From Candidatus Kaiserbacteria bacterium (GTDB lineage: Bacteria > Patescibacteriota > Minisyncoccia > Phycocordibacterales > Phycocordibacteraceae): a stretch of 64,000 bases of DNA. Shown here piece after piece: positions 46,908-56,461 of this stretch. The stretch is from NCBI GenBank assembly GCA_016194455.1, contig JACQBN010000018.1, positions 10,669 through 74,668 of the forward strand. The letters are read 5' to 3'. Made by a program: the position numbers and the translations under genes. Numbering within the stretch: position 1 is the first letter of the stretch; every line of letters starts with the position of its first letter. A model generated the notes under the pieces. That model had not been told where the DNA came from. It worked only from the letters and a program-made list of their open reading frames with translations, and searched no databases.

Positions 46908-48004
46908 AAAAGATAATTTTCGCGGCCGGATTTATTCTAAGCTTCACGGCATTCGCTCCAGCGGCATTCGCCGAGGGCGATATTGGCCAGGCGGATTGGC
47001 CCTGCTTCGACGCCATCGACCCGACCCAGCCGACAACCTGCGATACTGCAAACGGGTATCACTTCGTTCCGCTTGCGCCCATCCCCGGCCTCACCGCAGA
47101 CCAGAACGGCACCCCATTTATTGGTACGCCGGATCTCCCGAGCTTCTTGAACAACCTGTATCAGTACCTGATCGGGTTTGCGGCTGCGCTCGCGGTGATT
47201 TATGTCATCTGGGGAGGACTAGAAATTTCCACCCAGGACAGCGTGAGCAAGCAGAGCGATGGCCGCAAGCGCATTGAGGGCGCACTCTTCGGCCTCGCGC
47301 TTGTGCTCGCTCCCTATCTCGTCTTCTACGTCATCAACCCCGCGATCGTGAATCTCTCGCTCAATCTCCCCGCGCTCCAGACCCAAGGCGGCACGTTTGG
47401 GACGGGTGTGAACTCCCCGACGCAGTCAACGACAGCGGCAAACGGAGTGACTACGACGGTAACAGGCACGTACCTCCAGACCGCGCACTTCGCCTCAAAC
47501 GACCAAACCAACAACAATAACGCCCGAGACGCCTGGGTAAGCAGCTGTAACTCCTCCGGCGGAGTCGGGTACGCCGCGCAAGACAGTGGGTGCGGATCGA
47601 ACGTTGTCCCTGCCGGAGGAAAAACGACCTGCGTCTCCACAAGCGACGCCATTGCTAAATGCGCAACGTTTTCAAAGTCCGCATATAACTTCGTCAACAT
47701 TGGTGCGGCCTGCAGTGGTGTTATCAGCTGTTTTGCGTCAATCGATTTACAGCCCTTAAACACTGACGCTTCTGCTGTCTCGGGCTTCGTGGGGGCGTGT
47801 TCCTCGGATGGAGGATACGCGTGTATAGCAGCGGGTACTGGTTTAAGCATACCCCACGGTTTGGGCCTCCGAGAGCTGAGCGCGTGCCCGGAGGCAATAA
47901 CGGGGCTAGCAGGAAACGCTAGTGGAAAATGTTACCAAGCCGGTCTCTTCTGCGCCCGGACTCAGGGGGCTAGTCAGTGCGCGGCCAACACTACGTTGCA
48001 TTAA
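46904..48004 (+). CDS. VirB2/TrbC-like pilin-domain protein with a Cys-rich extracellular extension
   Basis: Signal peptide; helical hairpin YLIGFAAALAVIYVIWGG...RIEGALFGL...INP; 12 Cys in the C-terminal part. Confidence 0.7.
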   Translation: MKKIIFAAGFILSFTAFAPAAFAEGDIGQADWPCFDAIDPTQPTTCDTANGYHFVPLAPIPGLTADQNGTPFIGTPDLPSFLNNLYQYLIGFAAALAVIYVIWGGLEISTQDSVSKQSDGRKRIEGALFGLALVLAPYLVFYVINPAIVNLSLNLPALQTQGGTFGTGVNSPTQSTTAANGVTTTVTGTYLQTAHFASNDQTNNNNARDAWVSSCNSSGGVGYAAQDSGCGSNVVPAGGKTTCVSTSDAIAKCATFSKSAYNFVNIGAACSGVISCFASIDLQPLNTDASAVSGFVGACSSDGGYACIAAGTGLSIPHGLGLRELSACPEAITGLAGNASGKCYQAGLFCARTQGASQCAANTTLH

Positions 48005-48007
48005 ATT

Positions 48008-49213
48008 ATGCGCCGGACTTTAATCATCATCGCGACAGTGGTAGTCCTCGCTGGGGTTGGGGCGTGGGTGTACTTCTCCTTCTTCGCGGGCTCTGCCGGA
48101 GTCGCGGTCGCTCCGGCGGGGAATGCTGGTTTGCCGATCGCGGGGCAGGGAACTCAAAACGGTTCTGCCCCTTCGGGCGCAACTGCTGGAGCGCCTTCGG
48201 CGCCCGCTGCGCCAGTGAAAGTCTCTCCGCGCCTGGTACAGATTGATAAAGGTCCGGTCGTCCCGGGCGAAGTCGCACGAGATATTAAAATTTCTTCCAC
48301 AACGAATGACGTTGTGGTTTCTTATGTCGAGCGCCAGAGCGGCAACGTCTTCTCCTACTTCGTGAACGCGGGCACGCTCACCCGGACCAGCAACCGCACG
48401 CTTCCGGGCATCGAGGAAGCCTCGTGGCTTCCCGATGCCTCGCTTGCCTTCGTACGCTACCTCTCGGGGACAAACTTCAGCATCACCAACACGTACGCGC
48501 TCCGAGCCGATGGCTCAAGCGGGTTCTTCCTGCCGCAGAATCTCGCCGGAGTCTCGGTCTCTTCAACAACGATTCTCGCGCTTGCCTCGGGCGGTAACGG
48601 CTCCGTAGTCTCTCTGGTAAAGAGCGACGGTACCCGCGCGACCCAGGTCTTCACGACGCCCCTCTCCTCGATCCGTATTTCGTTTGCGGGCAAGAACCAG
48701 TACCTCGTCGTCACCAAGCCCTCCGCGACACTGCCGGGTGATGCGTATCTTGTGGACAGCGCAGGACACTTCTCGCGCGTCGCGGGGCCGCTCTCGGGCC
48801 TCGTCGCGCTCGCGAGTCCTTCAGGCACATGGGCGCTCGTGAGCTCGGCTGCAAACGGCACCATGCGTCTTGAGCTGGTGAACGCTTTGACCGGCTCGGC
48901 GCTGCCGCTCCCGGTCGCGACCATCGCGGATAAGTGCGCTTGGGCTCTTGATGAATCCGCGGTCTACTGCGGCGTGCCAATCTCGCCGAGTGCGGCATAC
49001 TCCTACCCCGACGACTGGTATCAGGGCGCTGCGCATTTCTCTGATCGGATCTGGAAAATAGAAGTCACTGGGCGCTATGCCGAGCTCGTGCTTGATTTCA
49101 ATAAAGAAACGAAAGGGCTCTTGGACGCAGAGGCGCTCGCGCTTGACCCGCAGCGCTCCGCGCTCGCGTTTCTCAACAAAAACGACGGCTCGCTCTGGTC
49201 GTATCAGCTCTGA
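48008..49213 (+). CDS. Membrane-anchored beta-propeller-like protein
   Basis: N-terminal TM, low-complexity linker, repeated beta blades, PDDWYQG. Confidence 0.65.
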   Translation: MRRTLIIIATVVVLAGVGAWVYFSFFAGSAGVAVAPAGNAGLPIAGQGTQNGSAPSGATAGAPSAPAAPVKVSPRLVQIDKGPVVPGEVARDIKISSTTNDVVVSYVERQSGNVFSYFVNAGTLTRTSNRTLPGIEEASWLPDASLAFVRYLSGTNFSITNTYALRADGSSGFFLPQNLAGVSVSSTTILALASGGNGSVVSLVKSDGTRATQVFTTPLSSIRISFAGKNQYLVVTKPSATLPGDAYLVDSAGHFSRVAGPLSGLVALASPSGTWALVSSAANGTMRLELVNALTGSALPLPVATIADKCAWALDESAVYCGVPISPSAAYSYPDDWYQGAAHFSDRIWKIEVTGRYAELVLDFNKETKGLLDAEALALDPQRSALAFLNKNDGSLWSYQL

Positions 49214-49929
49214 GGCCGAAGTGCGCGGCGCACATACCATTCCTGCAAGGCACCGGCGAGGTTCGTGGTAATGAAGTAGAGCGCGATGGCGCTCGAGGTC
49301 GTGTAGGAGATCACACCGATAAGAACAGGGAAGACGAACCGCATCTGCATCCCCATCACTCTCTGGACATCGCCTTGCATGCCAGTCCCGAGAGCGGGCT
49401 TCATCGTGCCCGAGAGCGCGAGGTGCGCCTGGAGAAATTGAGAGGCTCCGGAGAGTGCGGCCAGTACGATTGACTTACCGGCGACCGAGATGAGTCCCAG
49501 AAAGAGGAGAGAGATGTGCTGTGGCACGGGCGTGAAGGCGTAGAGCCGCGCGGTATCAATCGAAGAAAACGGCTCGTAGCGAAAGACCCAGTAGAGCGCG
49601 AGGAGCACCGGAATCTGGATGAAGACGGTCAGGATGCTCGCGAAAGGATTCACCCGCCGCTCGCGATAGAGTGCGAGCGTCTCAAGCGCTTCTTTTTCTT
49701 TGTCGCCCTTATGTTTCTCTTTGAGTTCCTTCACGTGCGGCTCAAGGTCTTTCATCGCGCGCTGGGTCCGCGCTGCCGAAAGCGAAAAAGGAAGGAGGAG
49801 GAGGCGAATGGCAACGGTGAGGAGGATGACCGCGACGCCGACGTCCCCGCCCGGGACGAGGGCGACGAGGGCGACGAGCGCGTTATAGAGCGGATTGTAG
49901 AACGCCGCGTGGAAGAGGGTACTGATCAC
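49204..49929 (-). CDS. yidC: Membrane protein insertase YidC
   Basis: IRLLLLP, VNPF, IQIPV, LYFITTN; synteny. Confidence 0.93.
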   Translation of the reverse strand: MISTLFHAAFYNPLYNALVALVALVPGGDVGVAVILLTVAIRLLLLPFSLSAARTQRAMKDLEPHVKELKEKHKGDKEKEALETLALYRERRVNPFASILTVFIQIPVLLALYWVFRYEPFSSIDTARLYAFTPVPQHISLLFLGLISVAGKSIVLAALSGASQFLQAHLALSGTMKPALGTGMQGDVQRVMGMQMRFVFPVLIGVISYTTSSAIALYFITTNLAGALQEWYVRRALRPQS

Positions 49930-49938
49930 GGCTACAGT

Positions 49939-50262
49939 CTACGATTTTCCGATGATTTTAGAAAGAAGGCTCGCCAGCTCCGCTTTGATTTCCTCGGACG
50001 AGAGTGCGAGGGTAGAAACTTTTGGGAAAACAATGAGCGCGGGCGGCAGAGGGAGCGCGCGAAGCACCGAAAGAACGCGACGCTTGAGGCGGTGGCGCGT
50101 GACCGAGAACCGTGCGACCTTTTTAGGGATGACTACTGCATAGCCGTGGAGATTGCCGGCCGGAACAACGAGTGAGAAGTGCGCCGAGGATGCTCGACGG
50201 CCGCTCGCGGCTATTGCAGAGGAAAAACCGCTTCTCGCAAGGCGCTGAGAGCGCGGAAACAT
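49939..50262 (-). CDS. rnpA: Ribonuclease P protein component
   Basis: KKVARFSVTRHRLKRR; synteny. Confidence 0.88.
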   Translation of the reverse strand: MFPRSQRLARSGFSSAIAASGRRASSAHFSLVVPAGNLHGYAVVIPKKVARFSVTRHRLKRRVLSVLRALPLPPALIVFPKVSTLALSSEEIKAELASLLSKIIGKS

Positions 50263-50399
50263 CAGTGCGAGAGGCGGGCGCGCCCGACGCGACGGCGCCC
50301 GCGCATGATCTTACGGCCTGAGCTTGTCGACGAGCGCTTGCGGAAGCCATGGGTGCGGGCGCGCTTGCGACGTTTCGGTTGATAGGTTCGTTTTGCCAT
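50262..50399 (-). CDS. rpmH: 50S ribosomal protein L34 (not in the ORF track)
   Basis: Manual translation [45 protein letters not shown]. Confidence 0.96.
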   Translation of the reverse strand: MAKRTYQPKRRKRARTHGFRKRSSTSSGRKIMRGRRRVGRARLSH

Positions 50400-50489
50400 G
50401 GTAAAAAGTTATGCACACCATACTAACAGGTTCTCCCCGAAGCGCCAGGATTTGCAGAATCGGCCCGACGCGTATAATCCCCTCTATCT

Positions 50490-51839
50490 ATGGAGAAAGA
50501 GAATCCTCGCGAACTGTGGGAGTACGTGCTCAGCCAGGTGGAACTCTCGATATCCCCCGCGAACTTCAACACCTGGTTTCGCGATAGCCACATCGTCAAG
50601 GTAGAGGAGGGGATCGTGTACGTGGGCGTCCCGAGCCAGTTCTTCAAGGATTGGTACTTGAAGAAGTTCCATACGCTTCTGCTCAAGATCGTCCGCGACG
50701 TTTCCTACGAATTCCGCACCGTGGAATACCTCATCGTGAAGGACGAGCGCCGGAAACCCGCCAAAGAACCTCGGCACGACCGCAACGCTCCGGAATTGCC
50801 GCTCGCGGACTTCTATATCAACAAGAGCGACAATCTGAATCCGCGCTACACCTTCGAGAACTTCGTTATCGGCGCCTTTAACAACCTCGCATGCGTTGCC
50901 GCGCGCGCTGCCCTGGAGCGTCCTGGCATCACCTACAACCCGCTCTTCATCTACGGAGAGACGGGCCGTGGCAAGACGCATCTCATCCAAGCAATCGGCA
51001 ATCAATACAAGAAGCAGTACCCGGGGCGGAAGGTTTTCTATCTCACGTCTGAAAAGTTTGTTGTTGACTATACCGATTCGCTGCAGACGGGGAGCGCCAA
51101 CCGCTTCAAGGACAAGTATCGGCAATACGATTTGTTGATTATGGACGACGTGCAGTTCCTCTCCAAGAAGGAAAAGAGTGAGGAAGAACTCTTTCACCTC
51201 TTCAACACGCTCCACGACACGAACAAACAAATTGTTTTTTCTTCCGATCGGTCCCCTGTGGCGATTCCCGACATCGCAGAGCGGCTGAAGGGTCGCCTCG
51301 CGAGCGGTATGACGGTGGACATCGGGGAGCCTGACCCGGAATCGCGCATGGAGATTATACGTCGCAAAGCGTCGCTTCACGGCATCATCCTCTCGGACGA
51401 GGTTGTGGAGTATGTCGCAGCGAACACGACCGGCTCCATCCGCGAACTCGAGGGAATGGTGAACAGTATTGTTTGTCACGCGCAGGTGAAGGGGGCGGCG
51501 CCCGATATTGCAGAAGTGCGACAGTCGCTCCGCTCTTTCGCGCGACCGCAGAAGACAATCTCGGTGAAGAACGTGGTGGGGAAAGTCGCGGAGTTCTACG
51601 GGATTGAAGAGGAAAGCATCTACGAGAAGACGCGGCGGCGAGAGGTCGTGCGCCCGCGCCAGATCATCATGTATATCCTGCGCGAAGACTTCAGTATTTC
51701 GTATCCGACGATTGGAACGAAGCTCGGAGGGAGAGATCACACAACTGTTATCCACTCTTGTGAGAAGATAAAGCGTGAAGTGGTTGTGGATAACGACTTG
51801 GCGAAGGACATCCAGAGTATCCGCACTTTGTTGGTATAA
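50490..51839 (+). CDS. dnaA: Chromosomal replication initiator DnaA
   Basis: LNPRYTFENFV, YNPLFIYG..GRGKTHL, DDVQF, GGRDHTTV. Confidence 0.98.
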   Translation: MEKENPRELWEYVLSQVELSISPANFNTWFRDSHIVKVEEGIVYVGVPSQFFKDWYLKKFHTLLLKIVRDVSYEFRTVEYLIVKDERRKPAKEPRHDRNAPELPLADFYINKSDNLNPRYTFENFVIGAFNNLACVAARAALERPGITYNPLFIYGETGRGKTHLIQAIGNQYKKQYPGRKVFYLTSEKFVVDYTDSLQTGSANRFKDKYRQYDLLIMDDVQFLSKKEKSEEELFHLFNTLHDTNKQIVFSSDRSPVAIPDIAERLKGRLASGMTVDIGEPDPESRMEIIRRKASLHGIILSDEVVEYVAANTTGSIRELEGMVNSIVCHAQVKGAAPDIAEVRQSLRSFARPQKTISVKNVVGKVAEFYGIEEESIYEKTRRREVVRPRQIIMYILREDFSISYPTIGTKLGGRDHTTVIHSCEKIKREVVVDNDLAKDIQSIRTLLV

Positions 51840-51930
51840 AAAATATGAAATTTTTTCAACATATTTATCAACGAGTAAGAGCTAAAAACCTTAACATTTA
51901 CGTACTTTTTTGCTTTTCCCCACTATCAAC
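51748..51930. other. Probable oriC element (DnaA boxes plus AT-rich unwinding region)
   Basis: TTATCCACT 51748, TGTGGATAA 51785, degenerate boxes 51853 and 51865, very AT-rich 51835-51910; also TTATGCACA at 50409 upstream of dnaA. Confidence 0.65.
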
Positions 51931-51948
51931 CCCTATAATAAGTACTTC

Positions 51949-53049
51949 ATGTTTGTTTCTATAAACAGAAAGGTATTTTCTGATGCGGTGTTAATAGCAG
52001 CACGTTTTGCTGAACGTCGGGCGGCAACCCTTCCCGTTCTCTCTTGTCTTCTTTTTGTTGCAAGCGACGAGGGAATCAAGCTCCGCGCGACCAATCTAGA
52101 GACCGCCGTGGACCTTAAGGTTAAGGGGGTGTGTAAAAGTAAGGGAGTCGTCGCAGTTCCCGCCACTGTCCTCCAACAAATCGCCTCGTCGCTTACGGGG
52201 GAAGGAGACATCACTCTCGAACACACTGGGGACACTCTCACTCTTAAAAGCGGGTCAAGTAAAAGTTCACTCAAGACACTCCCTTATGACGATTTTCCTT
52301 CCATCCCGTTCCCCGAGAGTTCTAAGAGCCGCCTTCTACTCTCGGGAATGGTTTTGAAATCCCTTCTCTCCTCTCTTGTGTCGTGTTCCTCTCCCTCTAC
52401 TGTCCGTCCGGAGCTCGCGAGCGTGTATCTTTCTGCTGAGGGAGGGGTATTGACCGCAGTTGCGACCGACTCCTTTCGTCTCGCAGAGAAAAAAATTCCA
52501 CTCCCCGGTCGCGGCACACAAGGGAAGTTGCTGATACCAGCGAAAAATGCTGCCGAGATCGCTCAAGTACTTCCTGACGAGGAAGTTATCGTTTCGTTTG
52601 ATGAACACCAGTGTGCGTTTGTCGGTAGTTACGGTATGTTCGTTACTCGCCTTACTAACGCGACCTTCCCGGACTACCGTCAAATCATCCCGAAGGAGTC
52701 GGTCGCCGAAGCCATCGTACTCCGCAAGGACTTTGAAACCGCACTCCGGAGGACAACCATCTTCGCCGACTCGTTTCAGAAGGTAAAAATCGGCTTTGAG
52801 CCCAAGACAAAGAAACTCTCTCTCTACGCCCGGAACATCGACCTCGGCGAATCCTCCGAGTCCATTCCCGCGCAGGTCTCGGGTAATGCTCTCGAGCTCT
52901 CGTTTAACCACCGCTACCTCTCTGCTTCTCTCTCTCTCGCCCAATCAGAGAGCATCTCGCTCACCGCCGCAGGGGCCGGACGGCCCGTCCTCGTCCGGGG
53001 TGTCGGGGACTCTTCGCTCCTCTATTTGGTCTCACCGATGAACCAGTAG
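51949..53049 (+). CDS. dnaN: DNA polymerase III beta clamp
   Basis: ATNLE, VATDSFRLAE, FPDY, LVSPM; follows dnaA. Confidence 0.96.
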   Translation: MFVSINRKVFSDAVLIAARFAERRAATLPVLSCLLFVASDEGIKLRATNLETAVDLKVKGVCKSKGVVAVPATVLQQIASSLTGEGDITLEHTGDTLTLKSGSSKSSLKTLPYDDFPSIPFPESSKSRLLLSGMVLKSLLSSLVSCSSPSTVRPELASVYLSAEGGVLTAVATDSFRLAEKKIPLPGRGTQGKLLIPAKNAAEIAQVLPDEEVIVSFDEHQCAFVGSYGMFVTRLTNATFPDYRQIIPKESVAEAIVLRKDFETALRRTTIFADSFQKVKIGFEPKTKKLSLYARNIDLGESSESIPAQVSGNALELSFNHRYLSASLSLAQSESISLTAAGAGRPVLVRGVGDSSLLYLVSPMNQ

Positions 53050-53052
53050 CTA

Positions 53053-55200
53053 CTAACTTTCCGAAAGCGGCACGGGGAGCATCACACCACCCGAGAAGAG
53101 CTGCGGGTGCGACGCGTAGAAAGCGCCGAGCGCGTACTCCCAGTACGCGAACTGGGCATCACTCGACGGATTTGTCGGCTGCGGACCCTGCGGATTATTC
53201 TTGTCGGTCCAGTAGAGCAAGTCGTGCGGCACAGCAGCGCCCGAGAGATCGGGGACCCTCCAGTTACCCTGCAGGAGCGGCGGGACCGAGGCAGGGATTG
53301 GATCTGGTTCGCCGAAGTACGTCTTCGGATATTTGGAAAGCGCGTAGGACATGATCTCGTGCCACATTGGTGCGGCGATAAAGCCGGCGATTGATTTGAC
53401 CATCGGAGTGTTGTCGTTGTTGCCGGCCCACACCCCGAGCGCGAGCGAGGGCGTGTAGCCGATCACCCATGCGTCGCGGGTATCGTTGGTGGTGCCCGTC
53501 TTGACCGCGACATCGTAGCCCGGGATGGAGAGCGGGGAGTTGAGCGGATACTCCGGGATGCGCGCCGGGGCATCCGAGAGCATCGCAGACATGTCGCGCG
53601 CGATGTTCGCCGGGATGACTTGCTGCTGATCCGGCGCGTACTTCTCGAGGACGTTTCCTGCCGCGTCATCCACTTCAAGGAGGCCGGTCTTCGCGTTTTT
53701 CACCCCGTCATTGCCGAAGGCGGCGTAGGCGTTGGTGAGATCCAAGAGCCGGACTTCGCCGCCGCCAAGCACGAGGGTAAGACCGTACTGGTTCGCGTCC
53801 CCGAGCGAGGCGAGGCCGAAGGACTCCGCGAGATTGATTGCGTTCTGGATTCCCACGAGATACAAAACTTTTATGGCGGGAATGTTGATGGACTGTGCAA
53901 GCGCGGTCTCAAATGTCATCGGACCGCGATAGGTGCTGTCGAAATCCTGCGGCGCGTAGCAGGGTGGGGTATCGCTCGCGACGTCCATGGGGGAACAGGC
54001 GGTAGAGAACTGCGTCGGAACGTCGAAGACAACGGTGTCGCGCGTGTAGCCGCGCATAAGCGCGAGCGAATAGATGAAAGGCTTCATCGCTGACCCCGGC
54101 TGGCGGAGCGCCAAGGCGGCGTTGTACTGACCGTCAATCGCCGGATCAAAGAAATCGCGCGATCCAACCATCGCAAGGATCTGCCCCGTCGCAGGGTCTA
54201 CCGCGACAAGCGCGGCATTCGAGGCCTTGAAGAGTTTCTCGTTCTTGAGGGCGTAGGTGTTCACCAGGGCCTCGGCTTTCGCCTCGAGGTCAGCGTCGAG
54301 CGTGGTGGTAACTTTAAGCCCCGAGGCAAGTACGGTCTGCCCATACTTTTGCTGGAGCTGGTCAAGAATATAAAAGACGAAGTGCGGCGCGATGATGGAA
54401 TTCTGCCCCGAGGGGACGAAGGAGATGCGAGCCGCCCTCGCGTTCGCATATTCCGCATCCGTGATAAAGCCGAGGGCGTGCATCCGATCGAGCACCAAAT
54501 CTTTTCGCAGGTCGAGCGCAACGCGGTTCGGCCCGTAGGGCGAGTAATGCGAGGGCGCCTGGATCATCGCGGCAAGATAGGCCGCCTGGGGAATGGAGAG
54601 GTCCTCCGCTGAGATTCCGAAATACGCCTCGCTTGCTGCTTCGATGCCGTAGAGCGTTCCGCCGTAGGGAATATCATTGAAGTACGCCTCCAAGATCTGG
54701 TCTTTTGAATATTTTTGTTCCAATCGTATCGCGAGGATCCATTCGTGCACCTTGCGCGTGATGCTGCGCGCGTTGGTGAGGATCGCGTTCTTCACCACTT
54801 GCTGGGTGATGGTGGAGCCGCCCTGGGTCGCGCCGCCGGGGACTACGTCCGCAAGCGCCGCGCGGATGATGGAAGTGAAGCGGATGCCGCCGTGCTGGTA
54901 GAAGCTGGAGTCCTCAATCGCGATGGTCGCATTGATCGCAGATGGCGCGATGTTGGAGAGCGAAACGACATCGCGCCTGGCGTCGCGGTTGTAGTCATAG
55001 AGCAGCACCTGGCCGGTGCGGTCATAAATTCTCGTTGATTGGTTAATCTGACGCGCGCCGAAGGAGGCGATATCGGGCGTCGGCGTGAGCGCGACGACGA
55101 TAAGGGCGAGTCCGACAACAAAAAACGCAATTCCCGCGCCGACGAAGAAGATAAGCAGGAGCACATGACGAAGCGAAGAGCGACGAAGCGGCCCGTTCAT
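53053..55200 (-). CDS. Class A penicillin-binding protein (transglycosylase-transpeptidase)
   Basis: EDSSFYQHGG, GGSTITQQ, RKVHE; SAMK, SIN, KTG. Confidence 0.95.
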   Translation of the reverse strand: MNGPLRRSSLRHVLLLIFFVGAGIAFFVVGLALIVVALTPTPDIASFGARQINQSTRIYDRTGQVLLYDYNRDARRDVVSLSNIAPSAINATIAIEDSSFYQHGGIRFTSIIRAALADVVPGGATQGGSTITQQVVKNAILTNARSITRKVHEWILAIRLEQKYSKDQILEAYFNDIPYGGTLYGIEAASEAYFGISAEDLSIPQAAYLAAMIQAPSHYSPYGPNRVALDLRKDLVLDRMHALGFITDAEYANARAARISFVPSGQNSIIAPHFVFYILDQLQQKYGQTVLASGLKVTTTLDADLEAKAEALVNTYALKNEKLFKASNAALVAVDPATGQILAMVGSRDFFDPAIDGQYNAALALRQPGSAMKPFIYSLALMRGYTRDTVVFDVPTQFSTACSPMDVASDTPPCYAPQDFDSTYRGPMTFETALAQSINIPAIKVLYLVGIQNAINLAESFGLASLGDANQYGLTLVLGGGEVRLLDLTNAYAAFGNDGVKNAKTGLLEVDDAAGNVLEKYAPDQQQVIPANIARDMSAMLSDAPARIPEYPLNSPLSIPGYDVAVKTGTTNDTRDAWVIGYTPSLALGVWAGNNDNTPMVKSIAGFIAAPMWHEIMSYALSKYPKTYFGEPDPIPASVPPLLQGNWRVPDLSGAAVPHDLLYWTDKNNPQGPQPTNPSSDAQFAYWEYALGAFYASHPQLFSGGVMLPVPLSES

Positions 55201-55220
55201 GGAGAGATGCTAGCACGAGC

Positions 55221-55258
55221 GGACACCAACGCGCGGCTCTTGCCGCGCGTTGGTGTCC
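55221..55258. terminator. Perfect 17-bp hairpin
   Basis: GGACACCAACGCGCGGC-TCTT-GCCGCGCGTTGGTGTCC. Confidence 0.65.
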
Positions 55259-55269
55259 CGACAGCCAAA

Positions 55270-55368
55270 TTAGATACCTTCTTCGGGTTCCTCTCCGGTT
55301 TCAACCGGATTGAGCTCCTCGTCCTCCTCCGTCTCCTCTCTTTTTTCGAGATCGTACGCGTTGATCAT
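55270..55368 (-). CDS. Putative 32-aa acidic microprotein
   Basis: MINAYDLEKREETEEDEELNPVETGEEPEEGI fills the gap between ruvC and the hairpin. Confidence 0.5.
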   Translation of the reverse strand: MINAYDLEKREETEEDEELNPVETGEEPEEGI

Positions 55369-55385
55369 GCTGTTTCGAAGTAAGC

Positions 55386-55910
55386 CTAACCCCGAGGCGT
55401 AATGTGCCGGGGCGACTCTATTTGAGCAAAGATATTTTTTTGTGCAAGGGCCGCAATCCCCAGAGCGATTGCATCAAGTTCGTCATCAAGCCGCTTCTGC
55501 CCCGCGGGCCGTGGCGGCAGGGCAATGAGGCGGGGAATCATCCGCGCCACCGCCGCCTTGTCCGCTCGCCCCTCTCCCGTGACTGCGATCTTCACCTGCT
55601 GTGGCGAACGCTCCAGCACCTGGAGCCCCGCTGTCCCAGCGGCTGCGAGCGCCACCCCGCGCGCCCCGGCGACCCCGAGCGCCGTCTTCTTATTGACGCC
55701 GAAGAAGAGCGTCTCGAGAGCGACTAGGTCCGGCTTATATTTTTGTATCGCGTCCTCAATCGCCCCCTTCACTTCCGCGAGTCGATTGGCGCGCGTCCCC
55801 TTCGCAGGCGTGATACATGCACTCCAGACCAGCGTCGGCTGGGAAACGTCGCCCTCAAGGACTGCGATGCCAAGCCGATCGTAGCCAGGATCAATCGCGA
55901 GTACTCTCAT
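55386..55910 (-). CDS. ruvC: Holliday junction resolvase RuvC
   Basis: LAIDPGY, LETLFF, QVKIAVTG.G.ADK, DDELDA. Confidence 0.95.
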   Translation of the reverse strand: MRVLAIDPGYDRLGIAVLEGDVSQPTLVWSACITPAKGTRANRLAEVKGAIEDAIQKYKPDLVALETLFFGVNKKTALGVAGARGVALAAAGTAGLQVLERSPQQVKIAVTGEGRADKAAVARMIPRLIALPPRPAGQKRLDDELDAIALGIAALAQKNIFAQIESPRHITPRG

Positions 55911-56445
55911 AGCCACGCGCGTTAGTGAAAATAGTTTGTACGTCCTCGTGCTCATCAAGCGCTTCAAGAAGCGTCGAGAGTTTCTCCTCGTCCTGTCCGG
56001 AGATTTCGACCAGCGGCTCACTCGCGATGTATCCGCCTGGAGACTTTGTGAATGCCCAGCTCGCGGCACCGGGCCCCGCGAGCTCGATACCGTTTTGGGC
56101 GAGCAGATGTTTTAGCTCCTGCGTCGTTCTGTTTTTGTTATCGGTGAGAGCGTCGATGATAAGCGCCGCGCCGCTCGGGCCATACGCCTCGTAGATCACT
56201 TGTTCAAGAGCGGTCGCGTCTTTAGAAATACCTTTTGCAATCGCACGCTCGATGTTGTCTTTGGGCATGTTCGCCGCTTTCGCGCGCGCGATCACCGCGG
56301 CAAGCCCGGGCGCCGAAACGTCCCCCGCCGACTTCTTGGATTCCAGCGCGACGAGCCGCGCAAATCTCGAGAACACGCGGCTTTTCGCGGCGTCCGTTAC
56401 CGCTTTGCCCCGCTTTATCTGCGCCCACTTGGAGTGCCCGGCCAT
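55891..56445 (-). CDS. yebC: YebC/PmpR-family protein (short form)
   Basis: MAGHSKWAQIK, NMPKDNIERAI, YEAYGP, TDNKNRT. Confidence 0.94.
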   Translation of the reverse strand: MAGHSKWAQIKRGKAVTDAAKSRVFSRFARLVALESKKSAGDVSAPGLAAVIARAKAANMPKDNIERAIAKGISKDATALEQVIYEAYGPSGAALIIDALTDNKNRTTQELKHLLAQNGIELAGPGAASWAFTKSPGGYIASEPLVEISGQDEEKLSTLLEALDEHEDVQTIFTNARGYESTRD

Positions 56446-56461
56446 ATTATTATAGAAAATT

